From contig SFDP01000024.1 in NCBI GenBank assembly GCA_004558185.1, positions 9,362-73,361 on the forward strand: a DNA stretch of 64,000 nucleotides, in the 5' to 3' direction. The notes beneath the pieces were generated by a model that was not told the DNA's origin, did not search any database, and was given only the letters and a program-made list of their open reading frames with translations. Both the position numbers and the translations under genes were made by a program. This DNA comes from Lachnospiraceae bacterium (lineage in GTDB: Bacteria; Bacillota; Clostridia; Lachnospirales; Lachnospiraceae). Below are positions 48,286 to 57,612 of the stretch, one piece after another; within the stretch, counting starts at the first letter, position 1, and each line of letters opens with the position of its first letter.

Positions 48286-50214
48286 CTATTTATTTTCCAG
48301 CGAAGCCGCTTCTCCAATATACTTCCAGTTTACCAGCTCATTGGCATAAACCGTTTTTACTGCTTCTGCCTGAGCCCTGGTGGCAACCACATAGGGCATG
48401 GTCTTGGAACCGATTCCCTGGAAAGCATTTTCGTATTTTCCTTCGGTAATTTCCGAAATGCTTACTCCCCGATAAACAATATCATAGTTGCTGTCTCTTT
48501 CTTCCCACAAGAAGCCCATTTTCCCATCCGGCTGCAGAGTGCAGGTGGAATAAGCGCTATTATACTGCTGCAAAAGATAAAAATTATTGGTGTTCCAACC
48601 GCTGACATAGGCTGCTGCCGTAGTATCTCCTTCCTGCAGCTCCTTATAATAAATCCCTACTCCCACACGCTTGTCATTTCTTAATGTGGGCAATGACTGC
48701 AGCGCAAGGTAGCCATACTTTCCTGTCTGGGTATTTTTCACATAGGCAATATAAACCTCTCCATTGGTGCTGTTTCCTGCCGGAAAATTCAGCTCCTGTC
48801 TGCTGTCCCAGGCACCTGTTTTATAGGTATTGTCTGTTTTTTCATAATGGAAAACATTGATATAGCGTCCGCTTCCCTTTCTGCTGGAAATAAGTACATC
48901 TCCATTAGGCAGCTCTTCTATTTTTGCCTCATCTCCGGCAGGTACCGGGGATGCCTCTACGCTTCCCAATACCTTCCAGGTCTTTCCAAAATCATCCGAA
49001 TACAGTACATGGTTGGCATTGGTATTGGTACCACCCTCTCTGGCCAGGATCGCACTGTAAATACGATAATAGTCGCCCACCTTAACATAGCGGGACTGCA
49101 TGATTCTGCCGGAAGCAAAGAAGAAAGCCTGCCATTTGGGATTCAACTGGTAAATCTGCTCATCGATTCTTACCGGAGCACCAAAGGTTTCTCCATTATC
49201 CTCAGAAAGCATGGTGGAAGCCTGGGTTTTGCCTACATCCATATAGCCATAGGAGCCGCTTACACTGACTAACAATACCTTGTCCGATTCACGATCTGCC
49301 ACAAGAGCCGCATCTCCATAGCCGATCGCCAGTTCCTGCCCCCGTACTCCCGGTCTGGTCAGCCCTGCAGTCAGATTGCGGGAAGCGGACCAGGTTTTTC
49401 CATTGGTAAGTGAGGTTCTTGTTACCAGATCAATCTGATGGCCCAGATTAGCGTATCCCTCCCAATTGGTTCCCAAATCACTGGCCGTATTATAGCGGTA
49501 ATCTGCCACCGCAACGATATTTCCATTGTTGGCTGTGGTAATGGCCGGAATCCGATAGTGCACCTCTCCTACAGCCGTTTCCCACAAAGCCTGCTTTCCT
49601 TCCTGCTGCGGCATCAACTGAGCCTTGCGGATTCCCCACCAGGCATCTGTTTTATTGCTTCCGTCACCTTCCTTGAAAATCGCATATGTACGGTTTCCTT
49701 CCCCATTCTCTGTGCTGAGGTATTTTCCCGTTGCCTGACTGCGAATAGTCACATAGCAGATATCCCCTTCTATAGCCTTAATTTCCAGAGTATACTGGCC
49801 GCCTATATTCTCTCTGTTCTTATCAGAAACGACAAACTCCTTATCTTCGTAGCCCTGGTGACCCATAATGCCCTCTCCCAGGACTGCAAATCCGGTTCCC
49901 ATATTTCTCATACTGTACTGTCCTGCATCCGTTTTTTCAAACCGCCAGCTATATTTTCGAGAGTAGCTGTTGGGATAATTTCCATCGTACTTCAGCCAGC
50001 CTGTATCCCTTCCTCCATCGTCATATAGCATACGGGCTGCAGGCTCCAGCAATTGTTCATTTTCATCATAGGCATCCCAGATTTCATAGTAGGTTCCCCT
50101 CTCCAGTTCCATAGCTTGTCCCACCAGATTTTCACCGTGTACATCCAGCTTCATCAGTCCGAATAACGCCAGCCCCAATATGGCAGCGCATGTAAAAAAA
50201 GGTTGTCTGCTCAT
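48286..50214 (-). CDS. secreted exo-alpha-sialidase (GH33) with an unassigned ~190-aa N-terminal domain
   Basis: Signal peptide present. RIP motif (VHYRIPAITT). Asp-boxes SLTNGKTWS, SEDNGETFG, SDDFGKTWK. The N-terminal domain is rich in aromatic residues and Gly and could be lectin- or CBM-like. Confidence 0.88.
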   Translation of the reverse strand: MSRQPFFTCAAILGLALFGLMKLDVHGENLVGQAMELERGTYYEIWDAYDENEQLLEPAARMLYDDGGRDTGWLKYDGNYPNSYSRKYSWRFEKTDAGQYSMRNMGTGFAVLGEGIMGHQGYEDKEFVVSDKNRENIGGQYTLEIKAIEGDICYVTIRSQATGKYLSTENGEGNRTYAIFKEGDGSNKTDAWWGIRKAQLMPQQEGKQALWETAVGEVHYRIPAITTANNGNIVAVADYRYNTASDLGTNWEGYANLGHQIDLVTRTSLTNGKTWSASRNLTAGLTRPGVRGQELAIGYGDAALVADRESDKVLLVSVSGSYGYMDVGKTQASTMLSEDNGETFGAPVRIDEQIYQLNPKWQAFFFASGRIMQSRYVKVGDYYRIYSAILAREGGTNTNANHVLYSDDFGKTWKVLGSVEASPVPAGDEAKIEELPNGDVLISSRKGSGRYINVFHYEKTDNTYKTGAWDSRQELNFPAGNSTNGEVYIAYVKNTQTGKYGYLALQSLPTLRNDKRVGVGIYYKELQEGDTTAAAYVSGWNTNNFYLLQQYNSAYSTCTLQPDGKMGFLWEERDSNYDIVYRGVSISEITEGKYENAFQGIGSKTMPYVVATRAQAEAVKTVYANELVNWKYIGEAASLENK

Positions 50215-50257
50215 TCCTTTTCCCTCCTTTATAATATATATGCTGCCAATGTGGGGT

Positions 50258-50785
50258 TTATTCCTGAAATTGATGAAAAAAATAGGAATCCAGCCACAGG
50301 AAAAGGTTCATCAGCACTAAAGGAAGGAAAAAAAGACAAACAAACAAGCCGCCTATATTCTCCCAGGTGATTCTGTTTCCATCAGCAAACAGAACCAAAA
50401 GCTGGGTGACTTGGGCAACAAGATAAAAGAAAAGAGAGAAACGAATCATCTTTTTTTGCCAATAGCTTCTCATAATTTTGACAGATACCGGTACATAATA
50501 GAGCGTTTTCCATAGTCTTTTGTCCCTTCTTCCTTTTTTCTCCAGTCCGATATTCATATAGAAAGAAATATACCAGGCCAGAGTACCATAGCCATACAGA
50601 ACCGATACTGTCCTTGCTCCATCTTCCAGACAAAAATATGCCCCCGAACCCATTGCCAGAAATGCCATTACCCCTATACCAAACTTTTGCATCCAGGGCT
50701 CATACCTCCAGGGAAGTACCTCCTGATAAAAGGCTTCCAGAGCCGTTTTTTGCCGTTTTTCCAGTTCCTTTTCCTCCATGCTCAT
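50258..50785 (-). CDS. hypothetical polytopic membrane protein (ABC partner?)
   Basis: About 175 aa with 4-5 TM helices. The start MSMEEK overlaps the ATPase stop (ATGA). No recognisable family. Confidence 0.5.
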   Translation of the reverse strand: MSMEEKELEKRQKTALEAFYQEVLPWRYEPWMQKFGIGVMAFLAMGSGAYFCLEDGARTVSVLYGYGTLAWYISFYMNIGLEKKGRRDKRLWKTLYYVPVSVKIMRSYWQKKMIRFSLFFYLVAQVTQLLVLFADGNRITWENIGGLFVCLFFLPLVLMNLFLWLDSYFFHQFQE

Positions 50786-51498
50786 TGTCTCCCCTCTTCT
50801 TCTTTTCGAACCCAACCAAGAGTTCCCGCCTTAAACGCCGTCAGGATATCCGGGGTCTCCCCAAAAGCCCTCAGGCTCCCTTCCTCCAATAGTCCTAAAT
50901 AGTCTGTTTTTAACTCCATTTCCTCCATAAGATGGCTGGTCATCAAAATGGAAGCTCCCCCATGTTCAACAATTTTATGTAATAATTGAAAGAATTCTGC
51001 CCGGAAAACAGGATCCATTCCCGCAGTCACCTCATCTAAAAGATACAGGCTGGGCTGATACGCCATAGCAAAGGCCAAGTGAAATTTGATTTTTTCGCCT
51101 CGGGAAAGGCGGCCATATACTCTCTTGCCAGAAAGCTCTATCCTTTCCATAGCTTCTTTCCATTCTTCCAGAGAAAAGTTCTCATAGAAAAGCCCAAAGA
51201 CTTTCGCATTTCTCTCCAGCGTTTCCTCGTGAAAAAATCTGCTTTCCTCTGTAAGATAAGCAATTTTATTTCCGGTCCAAAGAGGGTTGCTGTGACAATT
51301 TTTGTCTGCTACTAAAATATCCCCCTGATATCTGCTTTTTCCATTGGCAATACATTTTAACAGGGTAGTTTTTCCGGCTCCGTTTTTTCCCATAAGACCC
51401 ATGATATAGCCCTCTGGCAGCGAGAAGGAAATATTCTGCAGACGGAATTTTTTTCTTACTGCACTGACCTCTTTAACTTCCAATATCATTTTCTCCAT
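50782..51498 (-). CDS. ABC transporter ATP-binding protein
   Basis: Walker A GKNGAGKTT, signature LSRGEKIK, Walker B LYLLDEVTAGMD. Confidence 0.88.
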   Translation of the reverse strand: MEKMILEVKEVSAVRKKFRLQNISFSLPEGYIMGLMGKNGAGKTTLLKCIANGKSRYQGDILVADKNCHSNPLWTGNKIAYLTEESRFFHEETLERNAKVFGLFYENFSLEEWKEAMERIELSGKRVYGRLSRGEKIKFHLAFAMAYQPSLYLLDEVTAGMDPVFRAEFFQLLHKIVEHGGASILMTSHLMEEMELKTDYLGLLEEGSLRAFGETPDILTAFKAGTLGWVRKEEEGRQ

Positions 51499-51503
51499 TG
51501 CCC

Positions 51504-51878
51504 TTATCCTTCCATAAATAATGTATCTACCATTTCCTTTATCTGTCTGGTAGTAACTCCTGCCTGCTTAGCCTCTCCTATGATTTCTGCCAGACGCTTC
51601 TCCCATTCCATTAACTGCTTTTCCATCAGGTAATCAGAATTATATTCACAAACATAAAAGCCCTTTCCCGGAACGGAACGAATCAGCCCTTCCTTTTCCA
51701 GTTCCTCATAAGCTCTTTTAGTGGTAATTACGCTTACTCCCAGATCGCCTGCCAAGGTGCGAATGGAGGGCAGGGCTTCTCCCTCAGCAAGCTGATGGGT
51801 GAGAATAAGATTTTTCAGTTGATTCACAATCTGCTCATAAATTGCCAGGGTGCCCTGGGGTTGGATTACAATATTCAT
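51504..51878 (-). CDS. GntR-family (YtrA-subfamily, short) transcriptional regulator
   Basis: 124 aa from MNIVIQ (RBS AAGGAGAGG). The winged HTH LPSIRTLAGDLGVSVITTKRAYEELEKEGLI is followed by a very short C-terminal part, typical of YtrA. Confidence 0.85.
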   Translation of the reverse strand: MNIVIQPQGTLAIYEQIVNQLKNLILTHQLAEGEALPSIRTLAGDLGVSVITTKRAYEELEKEGLIRSVPGKGFYVCEYNSDYLMEKQLMEWEKRLAEIIGEAKQAGVTTRQIKEMVDTLFMEG

Positions 51879-51891
51879 TGCAGCCTCTCCT

Positions 51892-52575
51892 TCAATCTTC
51901 ATACACAAACGCCCTCTGCCACTCCTCCTTCCAGGCTTTCCTGAGACTCCAGGCCAGAGGAAGCGAAAGACTCAAGGTACAAATGAGCCAGGGGAGCTTT
52001 AGCTCATTACCTTCGGATTCAACCAGAAAAACCACTGAAAAGAAATTAGAACACATACAAATTATTACACAAAAGGTTTCTTTTAATATAGTCCATTCTG
52101 ATCTGCCTTTTTTCTTCTCTTTTCCCTTTTCATTCATCATCCATCCATTAAAGCCACAGAAAATAAGTGCTGACAGAGCAAAATTGAATAGAAAAAGCAG
52201 CACCCAGAAACCATCAGCAATGTGCATTGCCACCAGTCCCAATGTCCCTAGAGCGCCTGCCAGTGCAGGTATACCAATATTACAGATCATCCTTCCTGTA
52301 ATAAAGTGTCTCCTTGTGCTTTCTTCCATGGGACAAAGATAGAATATTTTCGGCATTTTAATGGAGTGAAGCTGCCCGGAAAGAAGCTGGAAGAAAAAGG
52401 GGAGTATTCCAAAACCATAGGACACCATCCCTTTTTGAATCCCCATTCTATTACATGTGTAAACACCATAGATGATAAAGCCTACTACCCAAGATGCCTG
52501 GCCGCTTTTCCAAAGCTCCTTAATTTTTATTAAGCTAAAATCCCACCAATAGTCTTTCATTATTTTTTTCCACAT
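51892..52575 (-). CDS. hypothetical polytopic membrane protein (ABC partner?)
   Basis: 227 aa with about 6 TM helices. No recognisable family. Confidence 0.5.
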   Translation of the reverse strand: MWKKIMKDYWWDFSLIKIKELWKSGQASWVVGFIIYGVYTCNRMGIQKGMVSYGFGILPFFFQLLSGQLHSIKMPKIFYLCPMEESTRRHFITGRMICNIGIPALAGALGTLGLVAMHIADGFWVLLFLFNFALSALIFCGFNGWMMNEKGKEKKKGRSEWTILKETFCVIICMCSNFFSVVFLVESEGNELKLPWLICTLSLSLPLAWSLRKAWKEEWQRAFVYED

Positions 52576-52580
52576 TTGCT

Positions 52581-53426
52581 TTATTTCCCCTTCTCCAAAC
52601 CATACATCAGTTCCTCAAGCGTGGGCTTCCACACTTGCAGACTTTTATCAAAATGGCTGTTCCTTCCTGCCGTTACCAGAGCTCTGGTACCAAAGACGCC
52701 TTCCTCCTGATATAAGATTCTGTCCTTTTTCAATAATCTAATCTTATAGCCTTCTCCCTGAATCATGCGATAGCTGTCTCTTAAAGTCTCCACATCTGCA
52801 AACAATCGGAGCTTTCCCTTCTGCAGATAAAGAATATAATCTGCCACCTTATCCAAGTCCCCGGTAACATGGGTGGAAAGAATTACGCTGTTTTTTCCAT
52901 TGGAGATAAATTCCTTTAACAGGCAAAGGAACTCTTCCCGAAACCGGAGATCAAAGTTTCCCGTAGGCTCATCTAAAAGCAATAGTCGAGCCTGATGCGA
53001 AAGAGCAAATGCAAACTGAAATTTAAGCTGTTCTCCCTTAGACAGTCTGCCATAGTGTGTTTTCTCCATCAGTCCAAATCGATTCAGATATTCCCTCATT
53101 AATTCCAGATCAAATCTTTTATAATAGCTGCCATAAAAACAGGCATTATGATAAAGTGTTTCTGCCTGGTCAAAAAGAGGCTCCTGAAGAACCAGGCCGA
53201 TTTCATCAAGAATCTCCCGACTTTTTTCACCATAGGCCTTTCCCCCTATAAGAATGGTTCCCTGATCCTGTTTATAGACTCCTGACAGGAGGTGCAGCAA
53301 CGAGGTTTTTCCCGCTCCATTTCTTCCAATCAGGCCGCAAATATATCCCTCCGGCAGAGTAAAGGAAATCTGGGATAGAGAAAAGCTCCCTAATTTCTTA
53401 TTAAGTTGATCCACTTCTATTCGCAC
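52581..53426 (-). CDS. ABC transporter ATP-binding protein
   Basis: Walker A GRNGAGKTS, signature LSKGEQLK, Walker B LLLLDEPTGNFD. GTG start at 53426 with GAGGAGG 7 nt upstream. The ORF-track extension to 53504 runs through a promoter/palindrome. Confidence 0.85.
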   Translation of the reverse strand: MRIEVDQLNKKLGSFSLSQISFTLPEGYICGLIGRNGAGKTSLLHLLSGVYKQDQGTILIGGKAYGEKSREILDEIGLVLQEPLFDQAETLYHNACFYGSYYKRFDLELMREYLNRFGLMEKTHYGRLSKGEQLKFQFAFALSHQARLLLLDEPTGNFDLRFREEFLCLLKEFISNGKNSVILSTHVTGDLDKVADYILYLQKGKLRLFADVETLRDSYRMIQGEGYKIRLLKKDRILYQEEGVFGTRALVTAGRNSHFDKSLQVWKPTLEELMYGLEKGK

Positions 53427-53447
53427 AGGCCTACCTCCTCTAAAACA

Positions 53448-53504
53448 AAAACCGTATATACACTGTATATCTAAATATATACAGTGTATATACGGTTTTG
53501 TCAA
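53448..53504 (-). promoter_or_regulatory. promoter (TTGACA-17-TATATA) overlapped by a perfect 23-bp inverted repeat; probable YtrA-type operator and terminator of the sda operon
   Basis: AAAACCGTATATACACTGTATAT-6 nt-ATATACAGTGTATATACGGTTTT (53448..53470 / 53477..53499). On the minus strand, -35 is at 53499..53504 and -10 at 53476..53481. As RNA the hairpin is followed by UUUUUGUUUU. Confidence 0.6.
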
Positions 53505-53532
53505 TAGGTTTTATTGCGTATTTTGATTTCTA

Positions 53533-54411
53533 CTATTTACCGCATCCCGAGCACAGTCCGTAGCCGGTAGGTGTTGCTGCGCATCCACCTAAAGCAGTTT
53601 CACGCAATTCTGCAGGCATCTTTTTTCCTACCATATACATAGCCGCAATCATCTCATCCAGTGGGATAAGCTGATCAATACCGGAAAGTGCAATTTCTGC
53701 CGCAATCAATGCATTGGCTACACCGGCTGCATTGCGATTCTGGCAAGGACATTCTACCAACCCTCTTACCGGGTCACAGACCAGACCAAGCATATTCATG
53801 AGAACCGTACTGGCCGCATTCAGACACTGCTCTGGTGTACCTCCCATCAGTTCCACAGCCGCAGAAGCCGCCATAGCAGATGCGACCCCTACCTCGGCCT
53901 GACATCCCCCTACTGCGCCTGCAACAGTTGCGTTACGCATAGCAAGGTAGCCAATGGCTCCTGCATTAAATAAAGCATCCACGAGACGATCATCGGATAT
54001 ATGATACTCATCCTGAAGAGCCAGCAAAAGGCCGGGGACTATCCCCGATGAGCCGGCAGTAGGTGCTGCCACGATCAGGCCCATGGAGGCGTTGACCTCT
54101 AGTATCCCCATCGCATAGGTTAGCCCCTTACCAAGGATATTACCACAGATATCCTTCCCTTTTGCCCGATGTACGCTCAGTCTTTTTGCTTCGCCTCCAA
54201 TAAGGTCTCCCATGGATTTCCTGGGATTTTTCACAGCCGCTATAGCAGACTGACGCATAACATCCAGCACGTGCTGCATACGGTAGCAGATTGAATCAAC
54301 TGTAGTTTCTCCCAGACTGCATTCCCGCTGCTTCATCGCATGGGAAATCTGTATCTGATTCTTATTGCATAAATCCAGAAGCTCTTCAGCATTTCTAAAA
54401 TCCATTTTCAT
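53533..54411 (-). CDS. sdaAA: L-serine ammonia-lyase, iron-sulfur-dependent, alpha subunit
   Basis: 292 aa. AAPTAGSSGIVPG, GGCQAEVG, and LVCDPV...VECPC supplying the cluster cysteines. Confidence 0.93.
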   Translation of the reverse strand: MKMDFRNAEELLDLCNKNQIQISHAMKQRECSLGETTVDSICYRMQHVLDVMRQSAIAAVKNPRKSMGDLIGGEAKRLSVHRAKGKDICGNILGKGLTYAMGILEVNASMGLIVAAPTAGSSGIVPGLLLALQDEYHISDDRLVDALFNAGAIGYLAMRNATVAGAVGGCQAEVGVASAMAASAAVELMGGTPEQCLNAASTVLMNMLGLVCDPVRGLVECPCQNRNAAGVANALIAAEIALSGIDQLIPLDEMIAAMYMVGKKMPAELRETALGGCAATPTGYGLCSGCGK

Positions 54412-54437
54412 TCTCCTTCTTCCTTATTTCTTTACAG

Positions 54438-55100
54438 CTACACTATCATTACATCAGATACATAGCTATTTTGCTGGATTTTAGCTGCAATGTCCACAGG
54501 CAGTTGATTATCCGATTCTACAATCGTATAGGCAGTATGCCCTTTCGCTTCCCTGAAAATCCTCATAAACGCAATATTCACACTGCTGTCACTAAGACAT
54601 TTCGTAATATGGGCAGCTACACCCGGTTTATCACGATGTATGACGATTACAGCACTATATTCACCTGTAAAATCCACTTCCACCTGGTTGATCCGCACGA
54701 TACGCACCTTGCCGCCCCCCAGAGACTCTCCACGTACAGTCATCTCCCGGTCACCGGAGCTGAGCATATGAATATCCACCGTATTCGGATATATATCCAT
54801 ATCTTTCTTGTCGATCTTAAAAGAAAACTCCAATCCTCGTTCCTGTGCAATATGAAAGGAATCACAGATCCTGGTATCATCCGTTGAAAATCCCATAATT
54901 CCTCCTAACAGAGCACGATCTGTGCCGTGTCCCTGATAAGTTCTGGCAAAAGAGCCATAAAGAGTAAACTCCACCTTCTTTACAGCTCCTCCAATCATTT
55001 TCTGCGCCAGAAATGCGATCTGTGCAGTACCTGCCGTATGGGAACTGGAAGGGCCAATCATAATGGGCCCTAAAACATCGAATACACTAATAAATGACAT
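54438..55100 (-). CDS. sdaAB: L-serine ammonia-lyase, iron-sulfur-dependent, beta subunit
   Basis: MSFISVFDVLGPIMIGPSSSHTAG at the N-terminus plus a C-terminal ACT-like domain. Start chosen by similarity to the typical SdaAB N-terminus. Confidence 0.9.
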   Translation of the reverse strand: MSFISVFDVLGPIMIGPSSSHTAGTAQIAFLAQKMIGGAVKKVEFTLYGSFARTYQGHGTDRALLGGIMGFSTDDTRICDSFHIAQERGLEFSFKIDKKDMDIYPNTVDIHMLSSGDREMTVRGESLGGGKVRIVRINQVEVDFTGEYSAVIVIHRDKPGVAAHITKCLSDSSVNIAFMRIFREAKGHTAYTIVESDNQLPVDIAAKIQQNSYVSDVMIV

Positions 55101-55135
55101 ATTAATCCCCATTCTAAAGCGTTTCACTCAGTTTC

Positions 55136-56356
55136 CTAAAGTACGTTTTTATCTTTCAAGATAAATTTTTTGTAAATCGTGTCTATAATTACACCTATAG
55201 CATTGTCCCCGCAGACGTTGCAAGCCGTTCCAAAGGAATCCTGTGTTATATAAAGCGCTACCATAATTGCACAGATAGGCCCTTCCGGATCACCGGCAAC
55301 TGTTCCGAATATCATGTACAGGAAAGGAAGTGCCGTCATAATAGAACCGCCTGGAGCGCCTGGGGAAGCCACCATGGCAACACCCAGTGTCATAATAAAA
55401 GGAAGAACCGTCACCAGACTGATAGGTATCTGGTTCATCAGACAGACTGCCGTAGCACAGGCAGAAATTGTAATCATAGAGCCTGCCATATGAATGTTGG
55501 CACAAAGCGGCACAACAAAATTTCGAATCTGTTCACAAATCCCATCTGCTGCTGCACACTCCAGATTAACAGGGATGGTTGCTGCTGATGACTGGGTTCC
55601 CAGAGCTGTAGTATACCCGGGAATCTGATTTTTAATCAATGTTAGTGGATTCTTTTTACCTACAATGCCTGCCATAATAAACTGAAGCAGGATGCAAATC
55701 AGATGCATAAGAATCACTACCAAAAAAACCTTCCATAGAATACTTAATACAGCAAATGTCTTACCTGATTTTGTCATGTCCACAAATGTTCCACAGATAT
55801 ACAGAGGCAGCAGTGGGATAATGATAGTATGCAGTACCTTATCAATAATCTTTGAAAAATCCTTCATGGTATTATACAGCGTATCCCCAATGTCCCTGCC
55901 GCGCATACCCGATAGGCAAAGCCCAAGGATAAATGCAAGCACAACCGCTGACATAGTATCCAGAAGAGGTGGAATGGCCAAACTGAAGTAAGATTCTACA
56001 GAAACCCCAGCAGTAGCAGCAATCTGTTCCAGTGCCCCTTCACTCATGAAATGCGGAAATAGTGCAGAAGATACCAGATAGGAGCAGGATCCGGCAATCA
56101 GAGTCGAACTGTAGGCCAGTGCCACAGTAATCAGAAGGAGCTTCCCGGCTCCCTGTGACAAATCTGCAATTCCCATTGTTACATAAGCTAAAATCATCAG
56201 TGGAATAACAAATTTGAGGAATGAACTGAAAAATCCTGACAGTGTCACAACCAACCGACAAACCTCTTCTGGTAAAAACTGCCCAATCAGAATACCTGCA
56301 ATAATTGCCATAAACAATTTCGGTACAAGTCCCAGTTTAAATTTCTTTATCTCCAT
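55136..56356 (-). CDS. dicarboxylate/amino-acid:cation symporter family transporter, probably serine/threonine (SstT-like)
   Basis: About 406-aa polytopic protein. GTQSSAATIPV and ...MVASPGAPGG... resemble DAACS re-entrant loop motifs. First gene of the operon with sdaAB/sdaAA. Confidence 0.75.
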   Translation of the reverse strand: MEIKKFKLGLVPKLFMAIIAGILIGQFLPEEVCRLVVTLSGFFSSFLKFVIPLMILAYVTMGIADLSQGAGKLLLITVALAYSSTLIAGSCSYLVSSALFPHFMSEGALEQIAATAGVSVESYFSLAIPPLLDTMSAVVLAFILGLCLSGMRGRDIGDTLYNTMKDFSKIIDKVLHTIIIPLLPLYICGTFVDMTKSGKTFAVLSILWKVFLVVILMHLICILLQFIMAGIVGKKNPLTLIKNQIPGYTTALGTQSSAATIPVNLECAAADGICEQIRNFVVPLCANIHMAGSMITISACATAVCLMNQIPISLVTVLPFIMTLGVAMVASPGAPGGSIMTALPFLYMIFGTVAGDPEGPICAIMVALYITQDSFGTACNVCGDNAIGVIIDTIYKKFILKDKNVL

Positions 56357-56548
56357 TTTTAATTTCCCCTTCTCCAATAACCTATTTTCGTTTGTATGGA
56401 TTTTAATAGTTACTTGTATTATTTTATTTAGTGCACATTTTCCCTTGACGTCTTGGTAACGTCATTATATCATAGCATTATACACAAATTAAATTCATGG
56501 ATTTTATATATGTATTGAAATTTTTTAATAATAGGATTTGAAATCGAA

Positions 56549-57430
56549 ATGGAAATTCGTCAGCTTGTTACATTTATCAAAGTAGCTCAGCTTCAAAGTT
56601 TTTCAAAAGCAGCAGAAAATCTTGGATACTCTCAGTCTGCGGTTACCGTACAGATCCGCCTTCTGGAAGAAGACCTGAATACCAAACTGTTTGATAGAAT
56701 CGGCAAACACATCACCCTTACCGCTCAGGGGCAGGAGTTCCTTACCTATGCTTACAGCATCCTCAATGAAATCAACAAAGCTAAACTTTCCCTCAATGAT
56801 GATACAGAGTTGAACAAGCCTCTCCACATCGGCACGATAGAGTCCCTCTGCTTTTCAAAATTACCTCCCATTCTCAGCTATTTCCGCGAAAACTACCCCA
56901 AAGTAGCTATTCGCATCACTACTGCATCGCCAGAAGAACTGATCGAAATGATGGAACATAACCAGTTGGATCTAATTTACATACTTGATGAACCCAAATA
57001 CAATAATAATTGGAACAAAGTCATGGAAGTCAGGGAAAATATTGTTTTCGTGGCCTCATCAACATCTGAGCCGGCAGATATTCATCGGCTGACGTTGGGA
57101 AAGCTCTTGGAGTACCCTTTCTTTCTTACAGAAAAAAACGCCAACTACCGTCATGCCCTTGATCATTACCTGGCTTCCAGAAAAATGATCATGTCTCCCT
57201 TCCTGGAAATCAGTAATACGGAATTTATCATAAAAATGCTTTCAGAAAGCAACGGCATCTCCTTCCTGCCTTATTTTACTGTTCGAAAAAGCGTGGAAGA
57301 AGGCAAGCTCACTCTCCTTGAAGTAGACAGCTTTCATGTCTCCATGTACCGTCAGATTTTCTATCATAAGGATAAATGGATGACCAGGGAAATGGCAGAA
57401 TTTATTCGACTGGCAGAAGAAATAAGATGA
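56549..57430 (+). CDS. LysR-family transcriptional regulator
   Basis: MEIRQLVTFIKVAQLQSFSKAAENLGYSQSAVTVQIRLLEEDLNTKLFDR is the canonical LysR HTH. Divergent from the serine operon. Confidence 0.92.
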   Translation: MEIRQLVTFIKVAQLQSFSKAAENLGYSQSAVTVQIRLLEEDLNTKLFDRIGKHITLTAQGQEFLTYAYSILNEINKAKLSLNDDTELNKPLHIGTIESLCFSKLPPILSYFRENYPKVAIRITTASPEELIEMMEHNQLDLIYILDEPKYNNNWNKVMEVRENIVFVASSTSEPADIHRLTLGKLLEYPFFLTEKNANYRHALDHYLASRKMIMSPFLEISNTEFIIKMLSESNGISFLPYFTVRKSVEEGKLTLLEVDSFHVSMYRQIFYHKDKWMTREMAEFIRLAEEIR

Positions 57431-57612
57431 TAGAAAACAGATACTCCGGTTTTAGCAATAGCCCCATAACAGGTAATTTCTAAACTCAAATATGCTGATA
57501 GTTATCCTCACCCAATGAGGCGAATGGTTGGAACGGATTTGAAAAATACTCCTTTACCGTATTTTCACCTTTTTCTTAATGTTTCTATAGTCAAGAAAAT
57601 ATGAGTTGCAAA

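Noticed and set aside
53427-53504. N-terminal 26-aa extension of the ABC ATPase ORF (MTKPYIHCIYLDIQCIYGFCFRGGRP).
   Set aside because: It is the translation of the 23-bp palindrome and promoter. A GTG with a GAGGAGG RBS at 53426 gives a normal ABC N-terminus.
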